DNA of 59,014 nucleotides, the filler included. It is 3 parts of 3 records of this genome, joined end to end, with 100 filler letters (N's around TTAATTAATTAA, not from the genome) between each part and the next. Parts side by side here need not be neighbours in the genome. Positions count along the whole stretch, not along the records: positions 31,122 to 46,921 come from SRR20825019_1388; positions 47,022 to 59,014 come from SRR20825019_1391; 1 more part is not named here. One strand, given 5' to 3'. Position numbers and translations under genes: made by a program. The first letter of the stretch is position 1, and every line of letters starts with the position of its first letter. Below, one piece after another: positions 39,967 to 50,519 of the stretch. The notes beneath the pieces were generated by a model. That model ran no database searches and was not told where the DNA came from. It was given only the letters and a program-made list of their open reading frames with translations.

Positions 39967-40961
39967 GCTGCGAATACCTCTCCATTTCGTAAGCCTGCAA
40001 AGTACTGTTGAATACTGTCTTTCTGCGCCATCGCGTCGTCAATGGCGTTGAAGCGTTTTCTGAACTGTTTGTCTTCGTCGTGGGACTGGAGGTACCAGCC
40101 CACGTGTTTCCTGGCAATTCGTACGCCCATGGTCTCGCCGTAAAAGCGGTGCAGGGCGTCCAGGTGTTCGCTTAATACCTGTTCCACCTCATCCACAGGC
40201 GGCTCCGCAAGGTGTTTTCCGGTTTCCAGGAAATGCAGGATTTCCCGGAAAATCCAGGGTCGTCCCTGTGCTCCACGGCCAATAAGCAGCCCGTCAGCAC
40301 CGGTGAACTTCAGTACATGCTGTGCCTGTTCCGGCGAGTTTATGTCGCCGTTGGCAAATACTGGAATGCTCACCCGGGACTTTACGTCGGCGATCGTGTC
40401 GTACTCGGCCTCGCCTTTATAGGCATCGGCGCGGGTACGACCATGAATGGCCAGGGCCTGGATGCCAGCGTCTTCTGCCATGCGGGCGATCAGTGGCGCA
40501 TTCCGATGTTCCCTGTCCCAGCCTGTGCGCATCTTCAGTGTCACCGGGATGTCCACGGCAGCCACGACCGCTTCCAGGATATCCCGTACCAGCGCCTCAT
40601 CTTTCATCAGTGCTGAGCCGGCGGCCTTGTTACACACCTTCTTGGCCGGGCATCCCATGTTGATGTCGATGATCTGGGCACCGAACTCGGCATTCAGCCT
40701 GGCGGCGTTGGCCAGCATCTCAGGGTCGCCGCCGGCGATCTGCACAGAGCGGGGCTCGGGTTCACCTTCATGGTTCATGCGCGTTTGTGACTTGCGCGTA
40801 TGCCACAGTTTGCTGTCCGCAATGACCATCTCGGATACAGCCAGCCCAGCGCCCATTCGCCGGCAGAGCAGGCGAAAAGGCCGGTCTGTTACACCGGCCA
40901 TAGGTGCAACAATCAACGGATTGGGCAGGGTGTACGGCCCGATTTTTGCCGTTGGCAGCAT
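39963..40961 (-). CDS. dusB: tRNA-dihydrouridine synthase B
   Basis: [42 protein letters not shown]. Confidence 0.97.
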   Translation of the reverse strand: MLPTAKIGPYTLPNPLIVAPMAGVTDRPFRLLCRRMGAGLAVSEMVIADSKLWHTRKSQTRMNHEGEPEPRSVQIAGGDPEMLANAARLNAEFGAQIIDINMGCPAKKVCNKAAGSALMKDEALVRDILEAVVAAVDIPVTLKMRTGWDREHRNAPLIARMAEDAGIQALAIHGRTRADAYKGEAEYDTIADVKSRVSIPVFANGDINSPEQAQHVLKFTGADGLLIGRGAQGRPWIFREILHFLETGKHLAEPPVDEVEQVLSEHLDALHRFYGETMGVRIARKHVGWYLQSHDEDKQFRKRFNAIDDAMAQKDSIQQYFAGLRNGEVFAA

Positions 40962-41049
40962 GATCTGAATCCGTGTAACAGCGGGTTAAGCGAACGTCGG
41001 ATGTGATCGGCTGCTCAATAAGTAACCGATCCTGATCCGAAGGGCGGTA

Positions 41050-41078
41050 ATGATACCGCTGGCAGAGATCCTATTGAA
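41050..41078 (-). promoter_or_regulatory. Putative sigma70 promoter of dusB-fis
   Basis: Minus strand TTCAAT-N17-TATCAT, then a GC-rich discriminator (TACCGCCC), with an AT-rich tract upstream. Confidence 0.55.
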
Positions 41079-41177
41079 GGGGCGAAGCCATGAAAAAATT
41101 GATTATTTTTCGTCCTTTCTGGTTGACTTTCAGTCTATTCGGTGGCCGCCCCCGCTTTCTGTCGAGTGAGGACTTGC

Positions 41178-42434
41178 TTACTCCTGATAGGCGCGGAAGG
41201 CGATATTGTAGTTCACGGCGTCCTTTCCAGGGTCGCGGATGTTGATGACGATCCTGACGGGGGTATCGGTCGGCATCGCCTCAAGATCACGGCCGTCTCC
41301 CGCCAGGTACTCGTCCGGTGTGAACACACTCTGGGCGACCACATCACCATTCAGGTTGGAGAACGTCAGGGCGATGGCGGGGAATGGCTGTTCAAAAGCG
41401 GCCCGGTTGATGATGACGGCATCAACCACCAGTTGGCTGCGGTTTTCCGGATTGGTTCGGACCACCAGTTTGCGGCTCTGGATGGCATCCACATTGATCA
41501 GTGGTTTCAGTTCGCACCCGGCGATTTCGCAGCCCTGTTCATAGAACGGGCGCAGTTCCGGTATGGAAGACAGGCGGTCGAACTGGAACCAGGTGACTTG
41601 CGCCACCAGGACGCCGATCAGTGCCAGGATAATCAGGGTCCATAGGACCGTTCTCACGCGGCCCCTGCCATTGCCTGCCACAGAGACCGGCTCCCTGCGC
41701 AGGTTGCTGTAGGGGGAGCCGGCGATAAGAGGTTCGTTGTCGGTTACCGGCCCGGCATCATAGTCGAAGGACGACGATTGGGGTTCATCGACGTAGAAGC
41801 CATCGGCGTTGTCCACCGGTTCCAGGCTCAGGTCTTCGGGTTCCCGTGGTGTTGCTTCGGGCTCACCCCAGACCTGTTCATCAAATGGCTCGTTCTCGAG
41901 TGGTTCTGATTCCGGTTGCTCGAATTTCGCAGGTTCTTCTTCTGGCGGCTCGGGTTCAACAGGGGCAGGCTTGGTCTTGCGCCTGGTGTCGTCTTCTTCG
42001 GACAACATCGCCTCGGCCCAGCTTTCATCGATTTTTTCGTTGGTTACGTCGTCGCTGTCGGTCTCGAACGTGCCACCGCTGCGCTCGTCGACAGTGCGAA
42101 AGCTGTCGCTCAACTCGTCGTCGGAGAAGGTCAGCCGGGTACCAGCGTATGGGCCCTCGGCAGCATCTTCCTCAGGGTTGTCCGCAAAAATCAGGTCATC
42201 ATCCGAGGTGAACCCTGGATCTGCCGGAGCATCCTGCTGTTCCGGTGCGGACGGGCCGCTCTTTGGGCTGGATATGCCTGAAGCGCCCTCGTTTATCCGG
42301 TGTTCGACGGCATTGAACACCGCCATGCAGTTGCCGCAACGCACTTTTCCGCTGGCTACGCTCAGCTGTGCGTCGGTGACCCGGAACCGGGTTTCACATT
42401 TTGGGCATCGTGTCTGCAGGCTGCTCTGGGTCAT
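41178..42434 (-). CDS. Zinc-ribbon and DUF3426 domain membrane protein
   Basis: TRCPKCETRFRV...VRCGNC, acidic linker, one TM, CEIAGC; usual position between prmA and dusB. Confidence 0.9.
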   Translation of the reverse strand: MTQSSLQTRCPKCETRFRVTDAQLSVASGKVRCGNCMAVFNAVEHRINEGASGISSPKSGPSAPEQQDAPADPGFTSDDDLIFADNPEEDAAEGPYAGTRLTFSDDELSDSFRTVDERSGGTFETDSDDVTNEKIDESWAEAMLSEEDDTRRKTKPAPVEPEPPEEEPAKFEQPESEPLENEPFDEQVWGEPEATPREPEDLSLEPVDNADGFYVDEPQSSSFDYDAGPVTDNEPLIAGSPYSNLRREPVSVAGNGRGRVRTVLWTLIILALIGVLVAQVTWFQFDRLSSIPELRPFYEQGCEIAGCELKPLINVDAIQSRKLVVRTNPENRSQLVVDAVIINRAAFEQPFPAIALTFSNLNGDVVAQSVFTPDEYLAGDGRDLEAMPTDTPVRIVINIRDPGKDAVNYNIAFRAYQE

Positions 42435-42496
42435 GCTTCTTTCCTGTAGGCGGCATCGCTACGAGTCACGGAGTTTAGTTGGTTCGGCAGAATTCG

Positions 42497-43393
42497 TCAC
42501 CTGTCGTTGCGCCGTCCTGTGAGCCGTATCCACTCCTCGCGTTGTTCCGGCTCGTCCATGATGAACCAGGGCTCGTAGGCCTCCATGACCTCCCGGGCCT
42601 GGTTGGACAGTATGCCGGATAACACAATATCACCGCCTGGTTTTACCTTTGCTGCCAATCTGGGTGCCAGGCCAATCAATGGCTGGGCCAGTATGTTGGC
42701 CAGCATGATGTCCGCCATGGTATCGGGTTCATCCCCGGGCAGGAACAGGTCTAGCCGGTCTTCTTCGACCTTGTTGCGGCGAGCATTTTCCCGGCTGGCT
42801 TCCAGTGCCTGGGGGTCTGTGTCGACTCCGATAACGTGGTCAGTGCCCAGTAATAGGGCTGCAAGACCCAGTATGCCGGAGCCGCAACCATAGTCGATCA
42901 CTTGCCGTGAGGTCACGTCCTGACCATCAAGCCATTCCAGGCATAGAGCCGTGGTGGGGTGGGTTCCGGTGCCAAAGGCCAGGCCGGGATCCAGCAGCAG
43001 GTTGGCGGCGTGGGGATCTGGAGCGTCGTGCCAGCTGGGCACGATCCATAGCCGGTCACCGAAGCGCAGTGGCTTGAAGTCATCCATCCATTCGCGTTCC
43101 CAGTCCTTGTCTTCCACCAGGGTAACGTCGATGTCGGGTAATGATTGTTGTGTCTGCTGGTGCCAGGCATCCTTAACGGCGGCGCAGAGCTCTTCAATAT
43201 CGCGATCGGACCCGAACAGGCCGGTGACACTGGTCTGGTGCCAGAGCGGCGTTGTACCCGGGTCGGGCTCGTACAGGGGCTGGTCTGCGGCATCTTCCAT
43301 GGAGACGGCTTCTGCGCCCATCTCCATGAGCAGATCCTCAAGCTGGTCCGCGTTATCCGGATCAGCTGGGATCTGTAGTTGTATCCAGGGCAT
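42497..43393 (-). CDS. prmA: Ribosomal protein L11 methyltransferase
   Basis: LDPGLAFGTGTHPTT, DYGCGSGIL, ANILA, LSGIL. Confidence 0.97.
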   Translation of the reverse strand: MPWIQLQIPADPDNADQLEDLLMEMGAEAVSMEDAADQPLYEPDPGTTPLWHQTSVTGLFGSDRDIEELCAAVKDAWHQQTQQSLPDIDVTLVEDKDWEREWMDDFKPLRFGDRLWIVPSWHDAPDPHAANLLLDPGLAFGTGTHPTTALCLEWLDGQDVTSRQVIDYGCGSGILGLAALLLGTDHVIGVDTDPQALEASRENARRNKVEEDRLDLFLPGDEPDTMADIMLANILAQPLIGLAPRLAAKVKPGGDIVLSGILSNQAREVMEAYEPWFIMDEPEQREEWIRLTGRRNDR

Positions 43394-43431
43394 GTGGGTG
43401 TCCTGTTTGGTAGACGAATCGACTGATCGGG

Positions 43432-44778
43432 TCAGTCCCGAATCAGTTTTTCCAGATAATGGATGGTGAAGTCTACCTGTTTAAAGCCGCCATCGCGTAC
43501 CAGTTTTCTGTGCAGTGCCTGGTTCGTCTTGATGCCCTCGACCACCAGTTCATCCAGCGCATTCTTCATGCGGCGGCGGGCAATTTCCCGATCGTCTCCC
43601 CAGGTGATCAGCTTGGCGACCATGGAGTCGTAGAATGGAGGTACGGTGTAGCCGCTGTACAGGTGAGAGTCTACCCGTACACCGTTACCGCCAGGCGCAT
43701 GGAAGTGCTTGACCTTGCCCGGGCTGGGTACAAAGGTTTGCGGGTCTTCGGCGTTGATACGGCATTCCAGCGCGTGGCCGGAAATCTTGATCTCGTCCTG
43801 GGTGTATTGCAGGGGCAGGCCACTGGCAATGCGCAGCTGCTCGCGAACGATATCGACACCGGTCACCATCTCTGACACCGGATGCTCCACCTGTACCCGC
43901 GTGTTCATCTCGATAAAGTAGAAGGCGCCGTCCTGGTACAGGAACTCGAACGTACCTGCACCCACGTAGCCAATCTCCTTGCAGGCGTCGACACAGGCTT
44001 TCAGGGTCTTCTCACGCGCTTCCGGATCGATATTCGGCGCCGGGGCTTCTTCGATGACTTTCTGGTGCCTGCGTTGCATGGAGCAGTCACGGTCGCCAAG
44101 GTGGATGACGTTGCCGTGGGTGTCCGCCAGTACCTGCACTTCGACGTGGCGGGGGCGTTCCAGATATTTTTCGAGATAAACCGTAGCATCCCCGAAAGAG
44201 TTCTTGGCTTCCGACTGTGTGACCTGCACGCTCTTCAGCAGGGCCGCTTCGGAATGCACCACCTGCATGCCGCGGCCACCACCGCCAGAGGCGGCTTTGA
44301 TAATGACCGGATAGCCAATTCTACGGGCAACTTCCAGGGTGCGATTGTCGTCGTCCGTCAACGGGCCATCGGAGCCGGGCACGGTAGGGACGCCCGCTGC
44401 AATCATTGAGTTGATGGCGGAGACTTTGTTGCCCATCAGGCGAATGGTATCGGCTCTGGGGCCGATAAAGCGGAAGCCGCTTTTCTCAACCTGTTCAGCG
44501 AAATCCGCGTTTTCGGCGAGGAAGCCGTAACCGGGATGGATGCCGACGGAATCTGTCACTTCAGCCGCACTGATAATAGTCGGGATGTTCAGGTAACTGT
44601 CCGCAGCACTGTTGGGGCCGATACAGACCGACTCGTCCGCCAGGCGAACATGCATGAGGTCGCGGTCGATCTGGGAGTGGACAGCCACGGTTTTGATGCC
44701 CAGCTCCTTGCAGGCGCGCAGGATGCGCAGGGCAATTTCGCCGCGATTTGCGATCAGGACTTTTTCTAACATAGCCAT
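43432..44778 (-). CDS. accC: Acetyl-CoA carboxylase biotin carboxylase subunit
   Basis: [35 protein letters not shown]. Confidence 0.98.
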   Translation of the reverse strand: MAMLEKVLIANRGEIALRILRACKELGIKTVAVHSQIDRDLMHVRLADESVCIGPNSAADSYLNIPTIISAAEVTDSVGIHPGYGFLAENADFAEQVEKSGFRFIGPRADTIRLMGNKVSAINSMIAAGVPTVPGSDGPLTDDDNRTLEVARRIGYPVIIKAASGGGGRGMQVVHSEAALLKSVQVTQSEAKNSFGDATVYLEKYLERPRHVEVQVLADTHGNVIHLGDRDCSMQRRHQKVIEEAPAPNIDPEAREKTLKACVDACKEIGYVGAGTFEFLYQDGAFYFIEMNTRVQVEHPVSEMVTGVDIVREQLRIASGLPLQYTQDEIKISGHALECRINAEDPQTFVPSPGKVKHFHAPGGNGVRVDSHLYSGYTVPPFYDSMVAKLITWGDDREIARRRMKNALDELVVEGIKTNQALHRKLVRDGGFKQVDFTIHYLEKLIRD

Positions 44779-44794
44779 GAGAGTATCACCGGGT

Positions 44795-45253
44795 TCAGGA
44801 AATGATGATCATCGGCTGGTCGAACTCGACCGGCTGACCGTTCTCCACCAGGATCTCGGCGATGGTGCCGCTCTTGTCTGCCTCGATCTGGTTCATCATC
44901 TTCATGGCTTCGACGATGCACACCACGTCGCCGGCTTTCACTGATTGCCCGACTTCCACAAACGCTTTCGCGGTGGGTGAGGGCGAGCGGTAGAAGGTGC
45001 CGACCATTGGCGACTTCACCGCATGGCCGGAAGGCTCTGCCGGCTTTGCGGGCTCGTCGGCGGCTGGCGCGGACGGCTGCGGTGAGGCGGGCTGGGGTGC
45101 TGGTGACGGATAGTGTGCCATATACTGTGGCGCAGCCAGTTGTTCACGACGCCGGGAGATGCGAACAGAATCATCACCCTCGTGAATCTCCAGCTCCTCG
45201 ACGTCGGATTCCTCCAGCAGTTCGATAAGTTTCTTGATCTTGCGAATGTCCAT
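44795..45253 (-). CDS. accB: Acetyl-CoA carboxylase biotin carboxyl carrier protein
   Basis: [27 protein letters not shown] biotin lysine. Confidence 0.98.
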   Translation of the reverse strand: MDIRKIKKLIELLEESDVEELEIHEGDDSVRISRRREQLAAPQYMAHYPSPAPQPASPQPSAPAADEPAKPAEPSGHAVKSPMVGTFYRSPSPTAKAFVEVGQSVKAGDVVCIVEAMKMMNQIEADKSGTIAEILVENGQPVEFDQPMIIIS

Positions 45254-45281
45254 AGTCAGTCCGATCCCGTTTTAATCAGTT

Positions 45282-45722
45282 CTATCGATGAATTCGTTGC
45301 AGGGCGGCTTCGAGTGCAAGGTCGTACCCCAGGCTGCCCAGCCCGCAGATAACGCCATCGGCGATATCAGAAAAGTATGAGTGATGACGGAATGCTTCCC
45401 GCGCATGCACGTTGGAAAGATGGACCTCAATAAACGGTATGCCCGAGGCCAACATGGCGTCCCGCAGTGCAACACTGGTGTGGGTGAACGCCGCCGGGTT
45501 GAAGATGATGAAATCAACCCCTTCTGATCTGGCTTCATGTATCCGCTCAATCAGTTCATATTCCGCGTTTGACTGTAAATGTAGCAGGTGATGGCCATCT
45601 TCGGCGGCTTTCCGGTGCAAACGGTCGTCAATGTCCGCCAACGACTCGTGGCCATACACCTCCGGCTCGCGGGTTCCCAGCATGTTCAGGTTGGGGCCAT
45701 GAAGTACGAGTATGGTCGACAT
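45282..45722 (-). CDS. aroQ: Type II 3-dehydroquinate dehydratase
   Basis: [38 protein letters not shown]. Confidence 0.97.
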   Translation of the reverse strand: MSTILVLHGPNLNMLGTREPEVYGHESLADIDDRLHRKAAEDGHHLLHLQSNAEYELIERIHEARSEGVDFIIFNPAAFTHTSVALRDAMLASGIPFIEVHLSNVHAREAFRHHSYFSDIADGVICGLGSLGYDLALEAALQRIHR

Positions 45723-45832
45723 GATTTCGTCTGCCTTGCTGACTTTTTTACAGGATCGCCGAATTTAGCGACATTTTCCCACAATGGTGCGTTCTTGAAG
45801 TCTTCAGATCAACACTTTTTGACAATCGGGTG

Positions 45833-45874
45833 TGTGTCGAAAAGTATCTTATCTCTGTGTCGAAAAGAATCTTA
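45833..45874. repeat. 19-bp direct repeat upstream of aroQ-accB-accC
   Basis: TGTGTCGAAAAGTATCTTA (45833-45851) and TGTGTCGAAAAGAATCTTA (45856-45874), one mismatch. Confidence 0.8.
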
Positions 45875-45957
45875 CCCACGCACAAGCAATCTTTGTCGTT
45901 TGCACGGTCATTGTCGTGAAGGGGGATCAGGAGTTCTATAAGACGTTGGTTTCATAG

Positions 45958-45986
45958 AACGGCCCCGAGAGCGGGGCGGGGCCGTT
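45958..45986 (-). terminator. Hairpin downstream of the diguanylate cyclase gene
   Basis: AACGGCCCCG...CGGGGCCGTT, a 10-bp stem. Confidence 0.6.
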
Positions 45987-46017
45987 GCTGGGGAGAGCCC
46001 GCCAGTGGCGTTTGGGC

Positions 46018-46921
46018 TCAGTCGCCGGCGGCGGTCACGCAGTTGCGGCCCTGGGCCTTGGACCGGTAAAGAGCCTTGTCCGCCCGTTCGCAGAGAGCCT
46101 GGGAGGTATCACCCTTCCAGGCGGCAACGCCGCAACTGAAGGTGACATTAAACTCCCGGTCGCCAGCCGGTTGCAGCAGCTCCGAGAAACGCTCGCGGAT
46201 TTCGTTCAGCACATTGCGGGCATCGCTCTCGCGGGTGTCCGGCAGAATAATGGCAAATTCCTCGCCACCGTATCGGCCAATGTGGTCGGTCTTGCGCAAG
46301 CGCTGTTTCAGGAACATGGACAAACTTCGCAGCACGCGGTCGCCAATGGGATGGCCAAACGTGTCATTCACCTTCTTGAAGTAGTCGATGTCGATCATTG
46401 CAAAGCACAGTTGCTGGTCTTTCTGCCGCGCCCGCACGATCTCCTGATCGAGCAGGTGCAGGGTATGAGTGTGATTGAACAGGCCGGTGAGGCTGTCGCG
46501 GATCATCAGCGCCAGCAGTGACCGGGCGCGGCGGCCCCGATTGTGTATGGTGGAGATCAGGTGTTTCGGGTCAATCGGCTTGGTCAGGAAGTCATCGCCC
46601 CCCAGGCTCATGGCATGCAGCTGTTTGGAAACGTCTTCTTCGGCGGATAGGTAGATGATTGGCACGCTATGAAAACGGTCCTGCTGGCGGATTACCCGCG
46701 CGATTTCCATGCCGGTGCAGCCGGGCATGTACATGTCCAGAATGATGATCTCCGGCGAGAACGACTCCAATGCATGAATGATTTCCATCGGATCGGTGAT
46801 GATGTGGGCATTCATGCCCGCTTTTTTCAGAACCGTTTCCATGAACTTGGCCTGAGCGCGGGAGTCATCCAGCACCAGCACTTTGTAGGGCTCAACGGTA
46901 TTGCCGTGGGTGTAGGTCTCG
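46018..46921 (-). CDS. Response-regulator diguanylate cyclase (REC-GGDEF), 5' end beyond the contig break
   Basis: LVLDDS..ILDMYMP..DDFLTKP receiver; DSLTGLFN, DIDYFKKVND, RKTD I-site, RYGGEEF. Confidence 0.93.
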
Positions 46922-47021
46922 NNNNNNNNNNNNNNNNNNNNNNNNNNNNNNNNNNNNNNNNNNNNTTAATTAATTAANNNNNNNNNNNNNNNNNNNNNNN
47001 NNNNNNNNNNNNNNNNNNNNN
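46922..47021. other. Artificial contig spacer
   Basis: N44-TTAATTAATTAA-N44. Confidence 0.99.
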
Positions 47022-47025
47022 AACC

Positions 47026-47046
47026 AATAAATTCATTCATTCATTC
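47026..47046 (+). repeat. AATAAA followed by (TTCA)n tail; possible 3' end of a non-LTR retrotransposon
   Basis: accAATAAAttcattcattcattc at the very start of the eukaryotic contig. Confidence 0.4.
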
Positions 47047-47368
47047 CGGCGTCCGTCGGACTGACTCCCGGCTCGCATTCAGACCGTGAGCGGAGAAGCC
47101 CGACGGCGCGCCGGCGGTCGCCCGCGCGCCCCGCCGGCCGGCCCCGGTGCCAGCGCGACCCCTGGGCGGGGCGGCGGGCCGCCGGGCTCGGCCCGCGCGG
47201 TCCGTGACTCCGAGTGAGCGAGGCGGGGCCGGGCTCGACCCATCCGGCCGGTAGTGCGGCCCACCGGCTCCCCGGCCTCCTAGCCGTTCAGTGATTACTT
47301 TCCACGAGGTCTGAGACAGATATGCACATATCTATAACTCTCATTCCAAGAAGCCTGTTCACTAGACA

Positions 47369-49270
47369 ATGGCTGAAGAGGAGCTGGGCGAGCTGGCGGC
47401 GGCGGGAGAAGTTGACTCCCACCAGCATAGCGAGTGTTTGCTGAGCGCGCGGAAGCTGTGTCTATCTGTGGGAAAAACGCTTGTCCTTCACTCGGCCTCC
47501 CTTGTCCTGCTCACGGGCCGCTGTTATGGCCTCATTGGACCAAACGGGGCCGGCAAGACGACTCTCCTGCGCTGGCTGCGGTCCCATTTGTGCAGTCACC
47601 GCTCAGACTTGCACGTTCGTTACGTTGGCCAGACAGATGCCGAGCTGGAGCAAGCGCCGCATGGCCAGTCGGTCCTGGAGTATGTTGTTGCGGGCCACCC
47701 GGGCCGCGCGGCACGGGAACGAGAACTAGCGCTGCTTGAAGGGCAACCTGTACTCAGTGCTGACGACGCTGTTCGGTTGGGGAAGCTCCTGGTGATGATG
47801 GAGGAAGACGACACGGAGGAACGGGGCCGGGAGGCGCTGACTGCCCTGGGCTTCTGTGAGCTTGGCGCCTTGGTAGCGACACTCTCGGGTGGCTGGCGTG
47901 GCCGCCTGGAGCTGGCGCGTGCGATAGTGTCGCAACCAGACGTGCTTCTGCTAGATGAGCCTACGAACCACCTCGATCTCGAGGCGGTGTTGATACTGGG
48001 CGGCCTCATTCGCGATCTGACAGCGTTTGCGTGCGTGATCGTTGTATCCCACGACTCGGCTTTCCTGGACTACGTAAGCACGGATATTGCCTGTGTGAAC
48101 AAACAGACTGTGCAGCAGGTGCCGGGCGACTATGCCAATTTTGAAGAAAAGGCACACCAGTATCGGTCATATCACGAACAGCTCTGGGACAAGCGCGGCG
48201 GGGCGGAGGAGAAACTTGTTCGGAGCGTGGAGCAGCAGAAGGCCCGCGCACGCCGAGCGGGCGACGAGAAAGCACTTAAGAACGCTGGGGCCAGGCTTAG
48301 GAAGGTGGATCGAGTAGGGATGTACCGTGAGGACGGGAAGAAATTCAAACTGTTTAGTCTCTCCAAAATGAGCGTGGAGTCCTCGCGTCTTCCCTTGCAT
48401 GCGGAGCCCGTGCGGATGGATGGCCGCTTGACGTTCCGGCTACCGGAGGAGTGCGACTTGAGCGAAGGCGGCGGGTCTGGGGTGAGCAGCAGTGCCACGT
48501 TGGTGACTCTTAGTGGCGTCGTGGTGGGATACAATGATAAGCCAGTCTTGTCAGTTGGGGATGAGGTGGTGCAATCCGGAGACCGCATTGCCCTAATGGG
48601 AGTCAATGGCTCCGGCAAGACCACGATGCTTCGAGCGATTTTGGGGGTGAACGGGGTGATGTCGGGCACGATACATAGGGGATGCACGCGGATAGGAATG
48701 GTGGATCAACACGTCCTTGCATCCTTGTCCGTCCACGTCAACGACACCCCGCTTGAGCTGCTTCAAGCCCGCTTCCCTTCCATCTTCAAGACGGAGACGG
48801 ACACCCGCCGTCACCTTGGTCGATTTGGGCTCGGTGGGGCGGCGGCCCTGACCCCCATCGGTGATTTGTCCGGTGGGCTGCGTGTGAGACTGATTCTGGC
48901 TGATGTGTTCGCACAACCGCCCGATCTGCTCCTGCTCGATGAGCCGACTAACCACCTGGACGGAGAGTCCATCATTGCTCTCGGCAATGCGTTGCGCCGC
49001 TATAGTGGGGCTGTGATGGCAGTCAGTCACAACCTTGCTTTCTTGCTAGACATTTTCCGTGACTTATGGGTGTGTAAGGACGGTAATGTCACCGCATTCA
49101 GAGGTTGCAACAGGGAGGGTAACACTCTAGCGGATCACGTCGAAAGGTACGCCCTTCCTGTTGTCCGCCCGGAAGACAAGCAGGTGTTTAAGTCCATGCT
49201 TCGCACCCGCGCAGCAAGGTCTGCCATCGTTGCCCAGCAACCAAGCCATATGACTACACTGATAGTGTAG
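47369..49270 (+). CDS. Eukaryotic ABC-F family ATPase (GCN20/ABCF-like), single exon
   Basis: Two ABC domains (GPNGAGKTT, LSGGW, DEPTNHLD; GVNGSGKTT, LSGG, DEPTNHLD), linker helix, no TM segments. Confidence 0.88.
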   Translation: MAEEELGELAAAGEVDSHQHSECLLSARKLCLSVGKTLVLHSASLVLLTGRCYGLIGPNGAGKTTLLRWLRSHLCSHRSDLHVRYVGQTDAELEQAPHGQSVLEYVVAGHPGRAARERELALLEGQPVLSADDAVRLGKLLVMMEEDDTEERGREALTALGFCELGALVATLSGGWRGRLELARAIVSQPDVLLLDEPTNHLDLEAVLILGGLIRDLTAFACVIVVSHDSAFLDYVSTDIACVNKQTVQQVPGDYANFEEKAHQYRSYHEQLWDKRGGAEEKLVRSVEQQKARARRAGDEKALKNAGARLRKVDRVGMYREDGKKFKLFSLSKMSVESSRLPLHAEPVRMDGRLTFRLPEECDLSEGGGSGVSSSATLVTLSGVVVGYNDKPVLSVGDEVVQSGDRIALMGVNGSGKTTMLRAILGVNGVMSGTIHRGCTRIGMVDQHVLASLSVHVNDTPLELLQARFPSIFKTETDTRRHLGRFGLGGAAALTPIGDLSGGLRVRLILADVFAQPPDLLLLDEPTNHLDGESIIALGNALRRYSGAVMAVSHNLAFLLDIFRDLWVCKDGNVTAFRGCNREGNTLADHVERYALPVVRPEDKQVFKSMLRTRAARSAIVAQQPSHMTTLIV

Positions 49271-50519
49271 TTGTTCATTCTGTTCTGAATATGAACTGCG
49301 GACGCAGACACTCCCACACCAGGGAATATATCGAGGTGCGCATCAGCGTCGCGCTTGTAGGCATGCTAATGCGTATATATCCTCACTGCGATCCGTTGAC
49401 AGATATGTACACATTGGTACGCCTGGCAATCAAAGGAATTATTAAAGCCTTTTGAAGTCCTGCATCCCCCTTCAGATCAATCTTGAAATTAACTGTTAAT
49501 GTGAAGCTCAAAATTGAGATGGGTCGAATGAACTCTTCATGCTGTTAACAATGCATGGATCCAGCATCTTAGGACGAGAGTTATACAACAGGTTATAGAA
49601 AGGGTGCCAGAATCACCACGCACGGCTCTTGAGGATTGGCCTCCAAGGTGTGGACCGGCATTGAAATGGATACAGGGAAGGGTGTACCGCGTACAAAGAC
49701 CGCGGCCATTCGTGATGCAATTAAGGGGTACAGCAACACTTGGTGTCACACTTGGAAAGAAGTGGGTTTTGTTGATCACTTCATGATCCCTGCTTCTTGA
49801 GTGACATGGAATGAAGCTCCACTGGAGCAATAGGTCAGCCTAAGCCTATGTACATATGCTAATTAGGGACGGGCGTTGTCACATGCCCACACATAATTAT
49901 CTTCATATCAATTGATGATATCTGAAGATCAGAAGATTTCAGTTTCTCGGTGAATTTATTCAGTAATTAGCAGTTGTACCTCGGAACCGCTACGCCAAAC
50001 CGTTCCGCTACGCGCGTCAGCTGACGACATTGTGACCACGGATCGCCGACCTTTGCCGGCGCTGGGGGCCCCGGCGGCCGGCCGCCGCACGGGGCACTGC
50101 GGCACTCAACGGCCTGAGCGGGCTACGGGGCCACGCCCCACCGGGGCGCGCCCCACGGCCCCGCCCCGGCCGGCCCGACCGTGCAGGCAGGGAGGCGACC
50201 GGCGCCCTGAGCCTCGCCGGCCGCCGCCCGCGGAACTGACGAGGCCGCGGTCTCCGGGACCGGACTGATGTCACCATGCAAACTCGCCCTCGGTCAGGAA
50301 AGCCCAGCGTCAGTTCCGGTTCCCGCGGCGGTCGCACCCCCCCTCAGCCCAACCTGAGCGACCCGAGCCCGGCTTGCGGTGCGCAATATCCGCAGCGCAA
50401 CGGCCGCCTGAGCTGGCCGGGCGACCCGACGCGTCACGGTCGTTCGGCTGTCCGGGTAGTGCATGCCATAAGTATTGGTCGGGCGAGGTATATGCCTCCA
50501 GTTCAGTGCTGCCAAGGTT

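Noticed and set aside
45833-45874. Possible CRISPR remnant
   Set aside because: Only two 19-bp units with a 4-bp gap, no spacers and no cas genes; no CRISPR array was seen anywhere in the window.
49555-49833. Protein-like frame (ASKVWTGIEMDTGKG...WCHTWKEVGFVDHF) interrupted by TAG and TGA codons
   Set aside because: Three internal stops and no recognisable family; it may be a decayed gene, but I cannot support a call.
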